A DNA stretch of 64,000 nt, from the IMG/VR virus record IMGVR_UViG_3300030095_006218; one strand, 5' to 3'. Positions 41,701 to 49,296 of the stretch are shown piece by piece. Below the pieces are notes generated by a model that worked only from the letters and a program-made list of their open reading frames with translations, ran no database searches and had not been told where the DNA came from. Position 1 is the stretch's first letter. Every line of letters starts with the position of its first letter. A program made the translations under genes and the position numbers. The DNA is from an uncultured virus (IMG/VR IMGVR_UViG_3300030095_006218). Its lineage: Duplodnaviria; Heunggongvirae; Uroviricota; Caudoviricetes.

Positions 41701-44700
41701 TTAACCACATCGAAAATGTAAATTTAGAAGTACCGCCGGCAGAAGTTCGGCCGATCTTTGCGTCCCAGTCTTCGACTTCACCTATATATATTCGATCATA
41801 CTTCTGTTTAAGCTGCAAAGCTTTTGTACTAAACGAGCCAATGGGCGCGTGCCCGAGTCTCCAATTATAGCTTAGTTCGCTAATCCCCCTAGCAACTCCT
41901 TCAATATAGCTGTCTTTACCTTCAAGTGTGGGATATTTGTTAAGATATTTATTACGTTCTAATACATGACTTTCGATAATGTTTCGTACATCATCAGAAT
42001 AGTTGGCGGTTGCTGGAATAAATTCTTCAATTATATCAGATATCGAACTGTCAAGCCATCTATAAAACTCCATATATTTGTCTAGATCTGGTGTGTTCCC
42101 TATACGCTCGAAAAACAGTTGGCGCAATTTGGCCATATCTTTGTATTCCATGCGATATCTGTTAACAGGCTCACCTACCAAGTTGTTAAAGTCTACGATC
42201 GTAGCAAATATTTTTAAGATTTCTTCTGAAACCGTCTGATACATACTCTTTTCTATTGCGAAATAATAGTTGACTGGCCGGCTATCTTGAGTAAATATAT
42301 CATCATCTCTTCGAAGAATATTAACCATATCATCGCTAGATATAAACTCTGGTAATTGTTGTTTGCCTGAGTGTATATAATCTTTATCCACTACATTAGT
42401 CTCATTAGACAAAAACAGATCGCCAACTGCTGTATGTTGGCGACCAACTACGTCGTCATACCATCCGAATGCGGAACGTCCGTAAGAACCATCCGGATTT
42501 AACGTACCAGAAGATGCGTCCTCAACAACAAATTGGCCAGCGGTGTCCGAACCTGTTACAGTCTCGAAATCCCAATGCAGTGCTAAGGTTTCTGTTTGAG
42601 GTATATACTGGCCTTTTAGTTGAGTTGGGTTTAAAAATGTATTCTTATATGGATTTACGGTACCGTAATTTTCTATGTCAAATGCATGAGCGCGAAGAGC
42701 CTGATCATCAAGATAGTTTAACCAATATCTAACTGCGCCTACTTTAACATCAGAGTATTCAAGCAAACTTCCTGTAAAATGATCTCGGTGGGCGCCGGCG
42801 TACAAGCGTTTACCATATCGTAAGAATTTCTTTCCGTCCGCATTGGTCACAGTAGTTGAGAGCTTGAATTCGTTACTTATTGTCCCTAACTCAGCATTAA
42901 TTCCATAGAATTCCACATCATATGGTATGTCTTCGGTTGTGCCCGGAGGTGCGATTCCAGTAGGCGCTGTAGATGATGTGGTTGCTGAGCCGGTTACACC
43001 GTTAACTAAAGGATATTTTGAAGGCTTAAGTCGTACAGCAAAATTCCACTTTTCATTATTATATACGTCTCTGTAAAGATCGGTTTTAAGATCAATTCCG
43101 GAAGAACCAGTAAGTTGAAAGTAAGCATCATCGCTGTCTGTGCCATACCGAATCGCATAAATTCGCATATCAATATCATCATCAGGAAATAGAATCGCGC
43201 TGCTTGTAGCGGCATGAAATCCGGCAACAGACGATGAGGTAAACAATGTTCTAAAATGGGCCTGATGAGTGGGTGGTATTTTTTTCGGTAATACAGCTTC
43301 CGCTTCCATTGTAAACGCTAAATTATTTTCAAAGCCATCATCGATTGTGCCAGATATATATGATACAGCATTTGGATTGCCAGCACTAGCTGATTGGTAT
43401 ACCGTGCCGTGGAATCGATTTGGGTGGTTAAAGTCTATGTATTTTTTTCTAGCAACTGAATACTTTCGATTATCTCTAAATTCATAATCGACATGGTCTG
43501 CATATATATTAAGCTTTATAACATCTTCGCCTATCCCAAAGCAATTCATTATATTGCGGATGGCGCCGGATGTACCTTTCTTTTTGTAAATATTATTTAA
43601 ATTGTTATGTATGTTTTGATATATTAAGTTTTTAACATCAGTTATTTTTCTTGAAAATTCTTGGCCCTCGTCGCGGGACATGATTCGTTCTAAGACGGTT
43701 GAATCAACAAATATTTCTGATGGCATTAAGCCTTTGCTGTCGAGCAGTTCGGAAGCAAACGGGTATGGCTTGTGCCTGTCTTTTATGTATCGGGTATCCT
43801 TTAGCTCTGAAACTGCTTTAATTTGCATATGCAGCGTGTCAAGATATGTACCAAGAATTTGTAAAACATTTTTGAGGTTATCTCCACCTATCGTAGCATC
43901 TTGATCTATCATAAATTCTGGGAATTTATTTATTAAACATGCAGGATTGCTGACATCATGTAGTGAGCCGCTAATACGTAATTCTTCTCTTACGTGTTTT
44001 ACTGTAGGGTGGAATGGATATACAATAGGATCTTTAAATTCGGATGTCGTAGCGCCGGCTAACTCCATAGCAGAAGTGGTCTTACGTGCATTGGAGCCCG
44101 GATAACCAACCCAACTACCATTCGTAATTCTTCCGGAATAATCCAAAACGGTGGAATCTAAAGATGATGAAGTGGTGACACCCTCGTTAAACTTGTAGTA
44201 AACACCGAGTCTGGTGTCTGACCAGTTATCCGTATTTGTTCCACCACCAACTTGCGTAAACCAGTGGCGGCCGATGTCCTTTGAAGAGCGCGCGGTTTTC
44301 CAGTATCTAAATTCGTCCAAGGCTGCATTGAGCTTTCCATAGGTGGCGACGGCGACGGTATCGCCTCGAACTGGTGCTACGAGGGCGCCGATGTGAGCCC
44401 TAAGCCCTCCTGTAACTTCTTGTGGTGCCTCCGAGCTAACTGTAAAGCTGTCATTCAAAAATCCATTGACGTACAACTTGGTGGTTGTGTCACTACCGTC
44501 ATTCTTAAAGACAAACGCATAGTGTGACCAGTCATCCGTAGATGCAGTGGTCAGAGTTTGGCCAATAGTTCGACGGTCATAGCCGGTTTCTGCGCCACTG
44601 GCGCCAGAAATCGCCGTAACCAAAAACGGTGTGCCGGGACCGGTGGATACTCCATCAAGAAAACTGCTTGTCAGTTCTATCCTAAGCCGGCCATAACTAA

Positions 44701-45364
44701 CACTAGAGGTGTCTTCGCCGTTCCAGAGATCAAAGATAACCTCTTTTTGCGTTGTCGTTCCCGGCTTATAGCTATCTTGGTCTTTCTTGAGCCAAAATTC
44801 GACCGTAACGCCTTCTTCCAAGTCCATTGCCAAGTTGGATTGTCTTATGGCGCCAGTGTTGTAAAGGTTTGAGCCGCTAAAGACACTTTTTAGCGATTTG
44901 CCAATCATGCCGCCAGAAGCGGTATGGGGCCCACCAAAGAGAGATATATACTCAGGATCGGAAGATTTACCATAGCCAAGCGTCGTTGGTCCGGTTGTAA
45001 GAGTGCCCCAGCCATCGGCAGACATGGAAATATGGCCCGCAGTACGAGGATATTTATTCTCAAAAATCCATTTGTCAACATATGATGCGCTTACATCCCA
45101 CGCAGACTTTTCATACAAAGAGCCATCATACGGATATTGACTGCAGATTTTATCTACTGAGTCTACATAATATTTTTCTGCCAGACCATATACTGCAAAG
45201 TGAGAAGCTGTAGCAAAATCTACGTGAGGAACAAATCGAGAATGCTCTTCTAACTCAACTTCAAGGTGTCTCTTGGACTCAACCTCTTTACTGGTCGTCT
45301 GAATACTTTCTGATTTTTTTACTTTTTTGGTCTTACCTTTATCAAACAGTTTTTTAATGGTCAT
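32702..45364 (-). CDS. Giant baseplate-associated protein with multiple LamG/ConA-like domains
   Basis: 4220-aa ORF with repeated 'T.E/S.W...W.H....Y.NG...DE...W...LV.WWRMG' LamG patterns and a wedge-like 'NL..IYKKKGT..AIR.....FG' motif. Confidence 0.75.
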   Translation of the reverse strand: MTIKKLFDKGKTKKVKKSESIQTTSKEVESKRHLEVELEEHSRFVPHVDFATASHFAVYGLAEKYYVDSVDKICSQYPYDGSLYEKSAWDVSASYVDKWIFENKYPRTAGHISMSADGWGTLTTGPTTLGYGKSSDPEYISLFGGPHTASGGMIGKSLKSVFSGSNLYNTGAIRQSNLAMDLEEGVTVEFWLKKDQDSYKPGTTTQKEVIFDLWNGEDTSSVSYGRLRIELTSSFLDGVSTGPGTPFLVTAISGASGAETGYDRRTIGQTLTTASTDDWSHYAFVFKNDGSDTTTKLYVNGFLNDSFTVSSEAPQEVTGGLRAHIGALVAPVRGDTVAVATYGKLNAALDEFRYWKTARSSKDIGRHWFTQVGGGTNTDNWSDTRLGVYYKFNEGVTTSSSLDSTVLDYSGRITNGSWVGYPGSNARKTTSAMELAGATTSEFKDPIVYPFHPTVKHVREELRISGSLHDVSNPACLINKFPEFMIDQDATIGGDNLKNVLQILGTYLDTLHMQIKAVSELKDTRYIKDRHKPYPFASELLDSKGLMPSEIFVDSTVLERIMSRDEGQEFSRKITDVKNLIYQNIHNNLNNIYKKKGTSGAIRNIMNCFGIGEDVIKLNIYADHVDYEFRDNRKYSVARKKYIDFNHPNRFHGTVYQSASAGNPNAVSYISGTIDDGFENNLAFTMEAEAVLPKKIPPTHQAHFRTLFTSSSVAGFHAATSSAILFPDDDIDMRIYAIRYGTDSDDAYFQLTGSSGIDLKTDLYRDVYNNEKWNFAVRLKPSKYPLVNGVTGSATTSSTAPTGIAPPGTTEDIPYDVEFYGINAELGTISNEFKLSTTVTNADGKKFLRYGKRLYAGAHRDHFTGSLLEYSDVKVGAVRYWLNYLDDQALRAHAFDIENYGTVNPYKNTFLNPTQLKGQYIPQTETLALHWDFETVTGSDTAGQFVVEDASSGTLNPDGSYGRSAFGWYDDVVGRQHTAVGDLFLSNETNVVDKDYIHSGKQQLPEFISSDDMVNILRRDDDIFTQDSRPVNYYFAIEKSMYQTVSEEILKIFATIVDFNNLVGEPVNRYRMEYKDMAKLRQLFFERIGNTPDLDKYMEFYRWLDSSISDIIEEFIPATANYSDDVRNIIESHVLERNKYLNKYPTLEGKDSYIEGVARGISELSYNWRLGHAPIGSFSTKALQLKQKYDRIYIGEVEDWDAKIGRTSAGGTSKFTFSMWLNPQNFGPPADVIGDAGLERGWLWSFANDFYVHFYDVATTSDSIKQPRIRVNFKFAGPGSAKFKAPSWDSVPKLNEWNHIVVAYDATSTSNYPVIYVNGTEWTRIADGTSWTGDFYGFQGTTFGGGDNCYIGGRNANTKPITWSSTADRTVHAIYDEVSIWKTNLDASAISELYNSGQVFDIKTHSEVSNLVSWWRMGERAAKVTEDNPTIIDEMRFKNAVVYGDIGGGGKFRGNFVTDTAPGIWSHPTELGAGSENVVFWRNRALRTEIPLTSSVIGVDSAREIIRRIKTTEHSGSVPILSTVDGTKYSGSVYSLRNLVRTRKLEIDYRSSPSMNIHGGINNDPFKNRQLTYDATYPHGPLDPETRLPRNVLLSFAEDVQPLTPETVKPNQKRKHYFKVTHGRDYGADYYDGTKNSLAMPFSIHSSTVKTGYNRHVHEGFRPNVELTNLHFDVTTHDGAIPMQGPFTEMYVGGHQSRHQRINQGSDSPLNRAEAWRVLVGDCKFDPDEECGRTMSRSAGTGAIAVVGADYPPPDATADCDDTMEDIYPYRQHARATYFRDEFAKRPLNIRNIQQKTGSTIIGNYTRNYEVIHTVGRKENNIFFKENAGTPLPNRYDKTTNASHLPETTNPLTLMAVKANTGDTHAGNKLGNSFIPAPAADVFGPGASWSLRVNYLNNTPHRYSNVHELPKRGEATISASNRTVIASRFSAPGGPEVMTRGFLDIASEEYSVYNALPWRNLGVRGPVPRMDNGGATIPGNGIPIGGSGEGMMTMPGETTTSSGTMRMENHLTTHEYTVGKRSTNRRTRDGLHALLTRHCGQFGHDLKYGSVTALDYVELPSYHKVNRNGVRRPRLTGEINYFNTKAVLWDTSLGTSDSTSDPVAGMYFGESTTWDALIGTGAGSKFSISAWVANRGNTTDTDTGAASRLIDFSMDNVAIWVSGHSSGKARINFVTRWRTPDADDKIAGWRTVDRVLPYSSDNETFNNITVTYDATHNRNVPRVYIDGNEYAVESMDSYPQPPDGSIWKGIVTDMDCYIGCVEDGVTEKLRRSFNGLIADLAIWDDVLIPAEVGEIINGHPATSVDEKGPYNLNMHSANTSLVAWYRMGDGVIEDGNQDNISDSSTNDRIYNMATRYKNQYNAFPTDNMRAADIKDYNLGAYETVEEAAFTDYDNWYVSRPIPGSTSGYSWISASAITIPFGHPTDESDITFMSASDFGSYVRGDGYDYRIFGETQRHVTLSSSVREVGHKDSFMPSVSHLNLNIYENMTSSTGHLGPDVELHPSSSYGKGIGDYPSHEHSAHIIQNKALVPIRWGGTQPRMSEVAMFNALMWKRGNQYGFNTWKQIRGGEHVIARKWRKTSQFPLTKRPETIFFSSSITGRRPLIIRRGGVVTYPETVITSKYKPIKFNVTIEDDTSLVEQEITMKASFVNDFVLFDNDDLMNEGGFKERRRFAHGYNDITDLYLNGAFDRNETPIEDFNSLEYKEVVFPAVYNMYSPIIRERPNFRLNAYHAHRDVRNDIAGIRNTTHIRGTPANDTANLRARHYFPSQSCWPLDAQFGFMDSLPITCALGLDRKWVEATEKRTMGEIVFPGKDCYSGELQNSYTLVHRAKYRVQDTELRLKSWNGVDTGPAEDHEPVSITTASLVIPGAVYNRRHTLCSTASVVCPTGMPIPETGSHNIHSTWGTTSGSSAFPDAPFGRLVPFGGQALWEANRLAGFLSASVIPYSDLSASSLTLTSVAAPFFGKVHMPTIASPIFNGIPRGQMRTSTFAPIFDGLKTNNTFFEEKQDEIRHDFVESARQPHPDNYGQWADEIRPHNKAFSIIPEFRISQHMQFYLSGSETNFMKENPRMLGIYGAYTQEGAKLTSEEPDFFRTYSMSDFLKYFDIVESDHKGFIEPSGITLQCRALMKFMPYKGFYPAERAIQLSRQFSKSYKRRVQINGPNVITPKEMLQGQYGLSRDWANRLAGNMRDFYKGSADFRENIDRTYQSVHGGFRVFHMPFFSPGIMFNSIKSGMAVDWPVQESGSGHGGPVWSTILEKTDDPGWESNIDWGNPPGGNAANVPWEGSMGGGAAASSISITPGGEYSDRGWIAPEGTDPGVGIQVRHGKSKGEICDAFGLSLGRVEVTKVGTTEKIISTNPSLKKITGIPVYDVLRHPVPFSYRVPFEAIIEPDKYVTGRTLIDTEPNVACALPGVYARYRGGANPLYKLMAHNFFAAVPDFWLPRGRLTSLKSKPENKLNLNLTSGSVYYARVKLYRSMNRDRDYGEFHSRYYVTNLGQDFPVPQDPTAYFDLKFTASNVIQPHQLQETMTMYSRPTAFGPPAVGRSFTQLARGEETAASGTADGAARIADSFEGYNWTHTPPYYNGEAWADIIVPIRDTKKHTIQELMDLAYVNCTRIEDTKLVWTGSMETMLRARDGHPALSGAADIPGQRLSGANGIAMQANATLNLFGLERVNSVTYNAFTGQPMTVTDDPRQTSQRWVIQPKWETPHYNFNNLCPRPITQEDGTLTVPNDDLAVSISASIPRGMWHQFGTLPHSDDTGIFMQIDDIPEVWLRMKCGEYTRHKTIPWLAHLTNSLGDFNTNVDGGGVRGRELYGASDESGGGFTWAPAPSTASTEWPTAPGAGEAPSDLGDAYAQRLDPQWSFMFDKLKRRIYGYSDARQQGTILAAIDHDRAFSLKTLLGFSDEAKKLGKTRKGKRVFEAVVAVPFIEEDGERQFFKIPKRTVATVLGSRYKGTAAPFKSDRMVGRSVRRQIRKMQKYVFPPTMDFINNPDEVDPFACYIFEFTHVFDQTDLSYMWQNLAPDFESRTKKRRSTVSHDLLEKELMGYYQNRNNEALANKVQWLVFKVKQKGTWNYWNTIADQRKGSSNPQRGVVGPGVISTFEFDNQSDRNEPTVIGPNVTPKYSYNWPYDYFSMIEFVQMSAEVEFSEIEDDAPQAGGDIWRYRRKKKRKSLKHAKAAKAKAGRVRAMRDRMASYPQPGMLRPPPPPGSGDDE

Positions 45365-45365
45365 G

Positions 45366-46901
45366 CTATTCTACTCGAAACTTAAAAATTTGTGGTTGCT
45401 CAACCCAGTCTCCAATAGCGCCGTTGTAATAAGCTAGCTTGATACCATATGAATATCCGGGTTCTAACAAAGATATATCCAAATCAAAATAACTTCCAGA
45501 TAAGTCGTACGACAGCTGAGTGTGCATATCGCTTCCTGTACCGTATGAAATAACATCTAATTCATCAACTACCCTAAATATTTTATATGATCCGCTATCA
45601 ACTATCAAAGGCTCAGTTTTGGCCTTGGCTTTTGTGTATATAGTTGGGTTCCACCCTTTTTCTCGCGTGTAAATTCTAAAGCGTGCAGTCTCATCTGTAG
45701 AATATAATGATCTAAGATTGGTAATTGAGGTTACATGTTTTGTGCTTGGGTTTATACTGTGACCACTTAAAGGCTTTGGAGTTATAGCAGAACCAGTAAA
45801 ATACTGGACTGCGCCAACAGCGCCAGTGGTAGGGCCTGTTGAGCCACTATACCAAACATCAAACAATGTTGTAACATCAGATGCTGTTATAGCAAAGCTT
45901 GCACTGTAAATTCCAGTCGAAACATACGCGCCAGTTATAACGATTTCTCCGATATCGTTAACGTGCGTACCATCCTTGACAAGTTTTAAGCTACTGCCTG
46001 ATGGCAGAGTATTGTCGAGAGAGCCCGAAAAGATATTAACATGTATCTGGCCTGTGCCGACACCCGGGATATTTCTAAGCTGGCCGCGGATATAATTGTA
46101 TAGATATATTGTATTAAGGTTTTCTTTTCCATCTGCCAGCGAACTACTAAAGTATACATTTGCTCTGTCATCTTTTGTAGACGAGTCCCAGCGAGCTTCA
46201 ACAACTGGTCTTTTATAGAAATATTCAGAATTCCGGGCAAAAAACTTCTTTGTAAAGTATGATTTGCTGTCCTCTTCGTGACTAGAGCTAAGCTTGATAC
46301 CTAATCCATAGTTTGGATGCTTAGATGAATCACTTAGGCCTTTAATCCATTCCTCTACTAAGTGCGTTATATCAACTTCTAAATCTTCCAATCCTGTATC
46401 AAACGAAGCAGTAAATGTTGGGAAAGAGGTATAATAGTCTCCGCCAGCAGTGGCCCAACCACTAGCAACTCCGCCGCTTTGAGCCCATGTTACGCCAGCA
46501 GCGCCAGAAACAACATCTGTATATGTTTCCATGTCCAGTCCATGACCTTCTTGCCAAGATCCAGAACCGGGAAATGCGCCGGTCACCGGGGCCATGGTCA
46601 AAGAAAAATCACTAGGTACAGTTTGTGAGTGCGGAGCGTTAAACATTTTTAAGTAAAAACTTACTGACGAGCTTGCAGGAATTGAGCCGGCGGTACGATC
46701 TGAAGATATACTATCAATAGGAAACTTTATTAAAACTCTTGATAATTCGGCCGAGGACGTACTGGCTTGTCCATAAATACTAAACACTTCCAAGATGTCA
46801 GCAGCACCCATATTGGAGCTAGAAGCTCGGGTTTTGAGATTGGCCATATATGCATTAGATATGGTACTATCTGCATCGGCTGTGTAACGTTTAATACCCA
46901 T
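45366..46901 (-). CDS. Baseplate-associated structural protein (DNRLRE-like beta-sandwich N-terminus)
   Basis: ADADSTI...N.GA...LEV...SRVLIKF...DITHLVEEW...NYG...K...RP.VE..W pattern. Follows the gp6-like gene. Confidence 0.6.
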   Translation of the reverse strand: MGIKRYTADADSTISNAYMANLKTRASSSNMGAADILEVFSIYGQASTSSAELSRVLIKFPIDSISSDRTAGSIPASSSVSFYLKMFNAPHSQTVPSDFSLTMAPVTGAFPGSGSWQEGHGLDMETYTDVVSGAAGVTWAQSGGVASGWATAGGDYYTSFPTFTASFDTGLEDLEVDITHLVEEWIKGLSDSSKHPNYGLGIKLSSSHEEDSKSYFTKKFFARNSEYFYKRPVVEARWDSSTKDDRANVYFSSSLADGKENLNTIYLYNYIRGQLRNIPGVGTGQIHVNIFSGSLDNTLPSGSSLKLVKDGTHVNDIGEIVITGAYVSTGIYSASFAITASDVTTLFDVWYSGSTGPTTGAVGAVQYFTGSAITPKPLSGHSINPSTKHVTSITNLRSLYSTDETARFRIYTREKGWNPTIYTKAKAKTEPLIVDSGSYKIFRVVDELDVISYGTGSDMHTQLSYDLSGSYFDLDISLLEPGYSYGIKLAYYNGAIGDWVEQPQIFKFRVE

Positions 46902-48703
46902 TATCCGATTGTTCCTTTAACATCTAAGTCTGGGAATCTAATTTCCATCACTACGTTGTCGGGCGGATCTATGTAGCGACCGTCCGCGGAAGTGTTATCT
47001 TGTAAATTAAAACCATCATCTGAATATATTGCTCCGATTTTGCGAACAATTTGAACATCTTTCACGTCAACAACACCGCGAGTTTTATTTAATTCGTTGT
47101 ATATTTCTGATATGTATAGCGGTTCAGACAAAAGCATTTTTTCGGTAGCAAATTTTCTCTTTACTCGTTCTGTTGCATTTCGTAAAATATCAAATCGGTT
47201 TAGATTGTCGTTTGCTACTATTGTAAAATTAATTCCAATGTTGGCTATTTTTGCATCAAGGACATCAATAGTATCATTAATCATTCTCTTATCATTGAGC
47301 CAAGTTTTCAAATTTTGTTTTACAATGTTATTAGTTGTTGTAAAGTTGCCATTTTCATCCTCTGAAACTACGTATAGGTTTAAATTTCTTTTCATCGAGT
47401 CTGGATCGCGATGCACCAAACATCTTTTAATTGAACCGTACTTGGCTGGCATAGCATACACCAATGCTTCGTAATCTTGTTTAGTTACTGCACGATCTTG
47501 CGCAGCATAGTAAGAAGAAATTCTGGTTTTCAATTCAGACAAACTTGGCATGCCAGATGAGTCGCCAGAAATATTCATATCATTAGTTACTTCTAAAGAC
47601 CCTCGGACCTCGTTTGCCAAGCCGGGATTAACCGAGCTAGGATTGTCAAATTCGATAACACTGTTTCCAACAGTATCAATCGACCCAACTGCAGCGTTGA
47701 CATTGTTATTAGAGTTTGTCCTATATGTCACTATCAAAGTAGTGTTTTCCGGTGCGATCCCTAACGAGTCGGTCTCAGTAATTTTTGACGGATCAAAGGT
47801 CGTATCCGAAATATAATCTTTCCCATGACGTTTTAAAGTTATGCTGGTTGGCTCCGCAATAGATGGCGCAGAGCGTTCATCATCAGTAGCAGTACCGAAT
47901 TGAAGTGCTGTTCTGCTAATTCCGCGGTCGACAGTAAATCTTCTTTTTACAATAAATGGTTTTAAAATTCGTGCCGCATAGTCTCTATCTGTGCCTCTTG
48001 TAAGGATGTCTCTATATATCACATCTTGCGATAGGTGCGGCACCTCATAATATTCGTGCCCCTCTAAGTCCGTAACTGATAATATCTCAGTCACATTAGT
48101 GGCGTTGAGTAGCACACGGCGGAATCTTTGAAATGCTCCAATGTCAATCGATTCTGATTTCAATTCACCGGACATTACTTGCCCGTACGCCTTTATCGCA
48201 TAATAACTCGGTATGCCAGTTGATGCTTCCATTCGCGCTGCGACAATCTCATTATCGTTTCTGTTAAACATCACATCTTCTGTCAGTGTAAATGGAACGC
48301 CGGCGGATGAACGAAGTAGCGTTCCCTTTTTTAACGTAGGTATATATCTACTATCTGGGCCTAAGCCTGTCGAGTTGGCCGGAACAACTATGAAGAATGT
48401 GCATACGCCAAAAGAAGATTTGGCCATGTCATATGTATATCCCATGGATTGGCCATGTTTAATTACGTTTCCATACTCATTGGCAGTTGATAAAAACGAT
48501 TCATTAACCGAATAGTCTAGATAGAATGACAAAATGTCTCCAACGTACGCCACAGTGTCCAAAAGAAACGAACCAACCGAAGCCTCATTAAAGTCTCTAT
48601 ACGAATCGGGATAATATCTTTGCGCGTGCTCAACCAAATCCGTCTTAATAGAATCAAAGTCTCTACTGGTATATTTGATTAATGGCTTCTTCTTTTTGGC
48701 CAT
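46901..48703 (-). CDS. Baseplate wedge protein (T4 gp6 / baseplate J-like)
   Basis: YTSRDFDSIK..L, DFNEASVG..LLD.VAYVGDILSFYLD...NESFL and AQDRAVTKQDYE. Confidence 0.88.
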   Translation of the reverse strand: MAKKKKPLIKYTSRDFDSIKTDLVEHAQRYYPDSYRDFNEASVGSFLLDTVAYVGDILSFYLDYSVNESFLSTANEYGNVIKHGQSMGYTYDMAKSSFGVCTFFIVVPANSTGLGPDSRYIPTLKKGTLLRSSAGVPFTLTEDVMFNRNDNEIVAARMEASTGIPSYYAIKAYGQVMSGELKSESIDIGAFQRFRRVLLNATNVTEILSVTDLEGHEYYEVPHLSQDVIYRDILTRGTDRDYAARILKPFIVKRRFTVDRGISRTALQFGTATDDERSAPSIAEPTSITLKRHGKDYISDTTFDPSKITETDSLGIAPENTTLIVTYRTNSNNNVNAAVGSIDTVGNSVIEFDNPSSVNPGLANEVRGSLEVTNDMNISGDSSGMPSLSELKTRISSYYAAQDRAVTKQDYEALVYAMPAKYGSIKRCLVHRDPDSMKRNLNLYVVSEDENGNFTTTNNIVKQNLKTWLNDKRMINDTIDVLDAKIANIGINFTIVANDNLNRFDILRNATERVKRKFATEKMLLSEPLYISEIYNELNKTRGVVDVKDVQIVRKIGAIYSDDGFNLQDNTSADGRYIDPPDNVVMEIRFPDLDVKGTIG

Positions 48704-48733
48704 GGCTAAAAATCTCCTTGTCTAATACAAATA

Positions 48734-48740
48734 TAATTAG
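48734..48740 (-). promoter_or_regulatory. Putative late promoter motif CTAATTA
   Basis: About 31 nt upstream of the gp6-like ATG 48703. Confidence 0.6.
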
Positions 48741-48764
48741 TTTATCAAAACGATTTTTCAAGTA

Positions 48765-49241
48765 TTAATCAGTTAAGCCAGAACCAGTTAATTCATACAT
48801 TCTATCTCTAGGAACTTCAGTAAGCTCTGCCACGATTGTATAGGCAATTTTGTTCATTACGCTAGTATCAGCCGGTAGAGTTTCAAAGTCTCCACTGGTT
48901 GGGTTTTTCTTCAAAACCGAACTTAACCAAATTTCCTTACATCTTACGTTTATTGTTACCGAATCACCAGAGCTGCTTAGTGTATACCAGTGGCGACCCA
49001 TCTCCCAATCGGCCGCACTAGATGCGCTCATTGAGGTGTGGTGTACTCGCAAAGCATCAGTCTTGGCCGGCAAATTATTATCCAACACCACTGTCACACT
49101 CTTAGCGACTTGAGGAAACTCATGTTTTACTTCGTTTTGTACATTAAGGCCATTAGGGCCCATAGCACCAGTTATGTAAGGAATACCGGATACCTGATAA
49201 GACCCAACATTATATAAGCCTACTGTATATTTAAATGCCAT
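48765..49241 (-). CDS. Putative small virion protein (paralogue of 6085..6531)
   Basis: GLYNVGSYQVSG.P.ITG...RMYELTGSGLTD, with its own CTAATTA motif. Confidence 0.7.
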   Translation of the reverse strand: MAFKYTVGLYNVGSYQVSGIPYITGAMGPNGLNVQNEVKHEFPQVAKSVTVVLDNNLPAKTDALRVHHTSMSASSAADWEMGRHWYTLSSSGDSVTINVRCKEIWLSSVLKKNPTSGDFETLPADTSVMNKIAYTIVAELTEVPRDRMYELTGSGLTD

Positions 49242-49266
49242 GTATTAATCCTACTGTTGATAGTTA

Positions 49267-49273
49267 TAATTAG
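49267..49273 (-). promoter_or_regulatory. Putative late promoter motif CTAATTA
   Basis: About 26 nt upstream of ATG 49241. Confidence 0.6.
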
Positions 49274-49296
49274 TTTGGAAAACCGGTTTTGCAATA

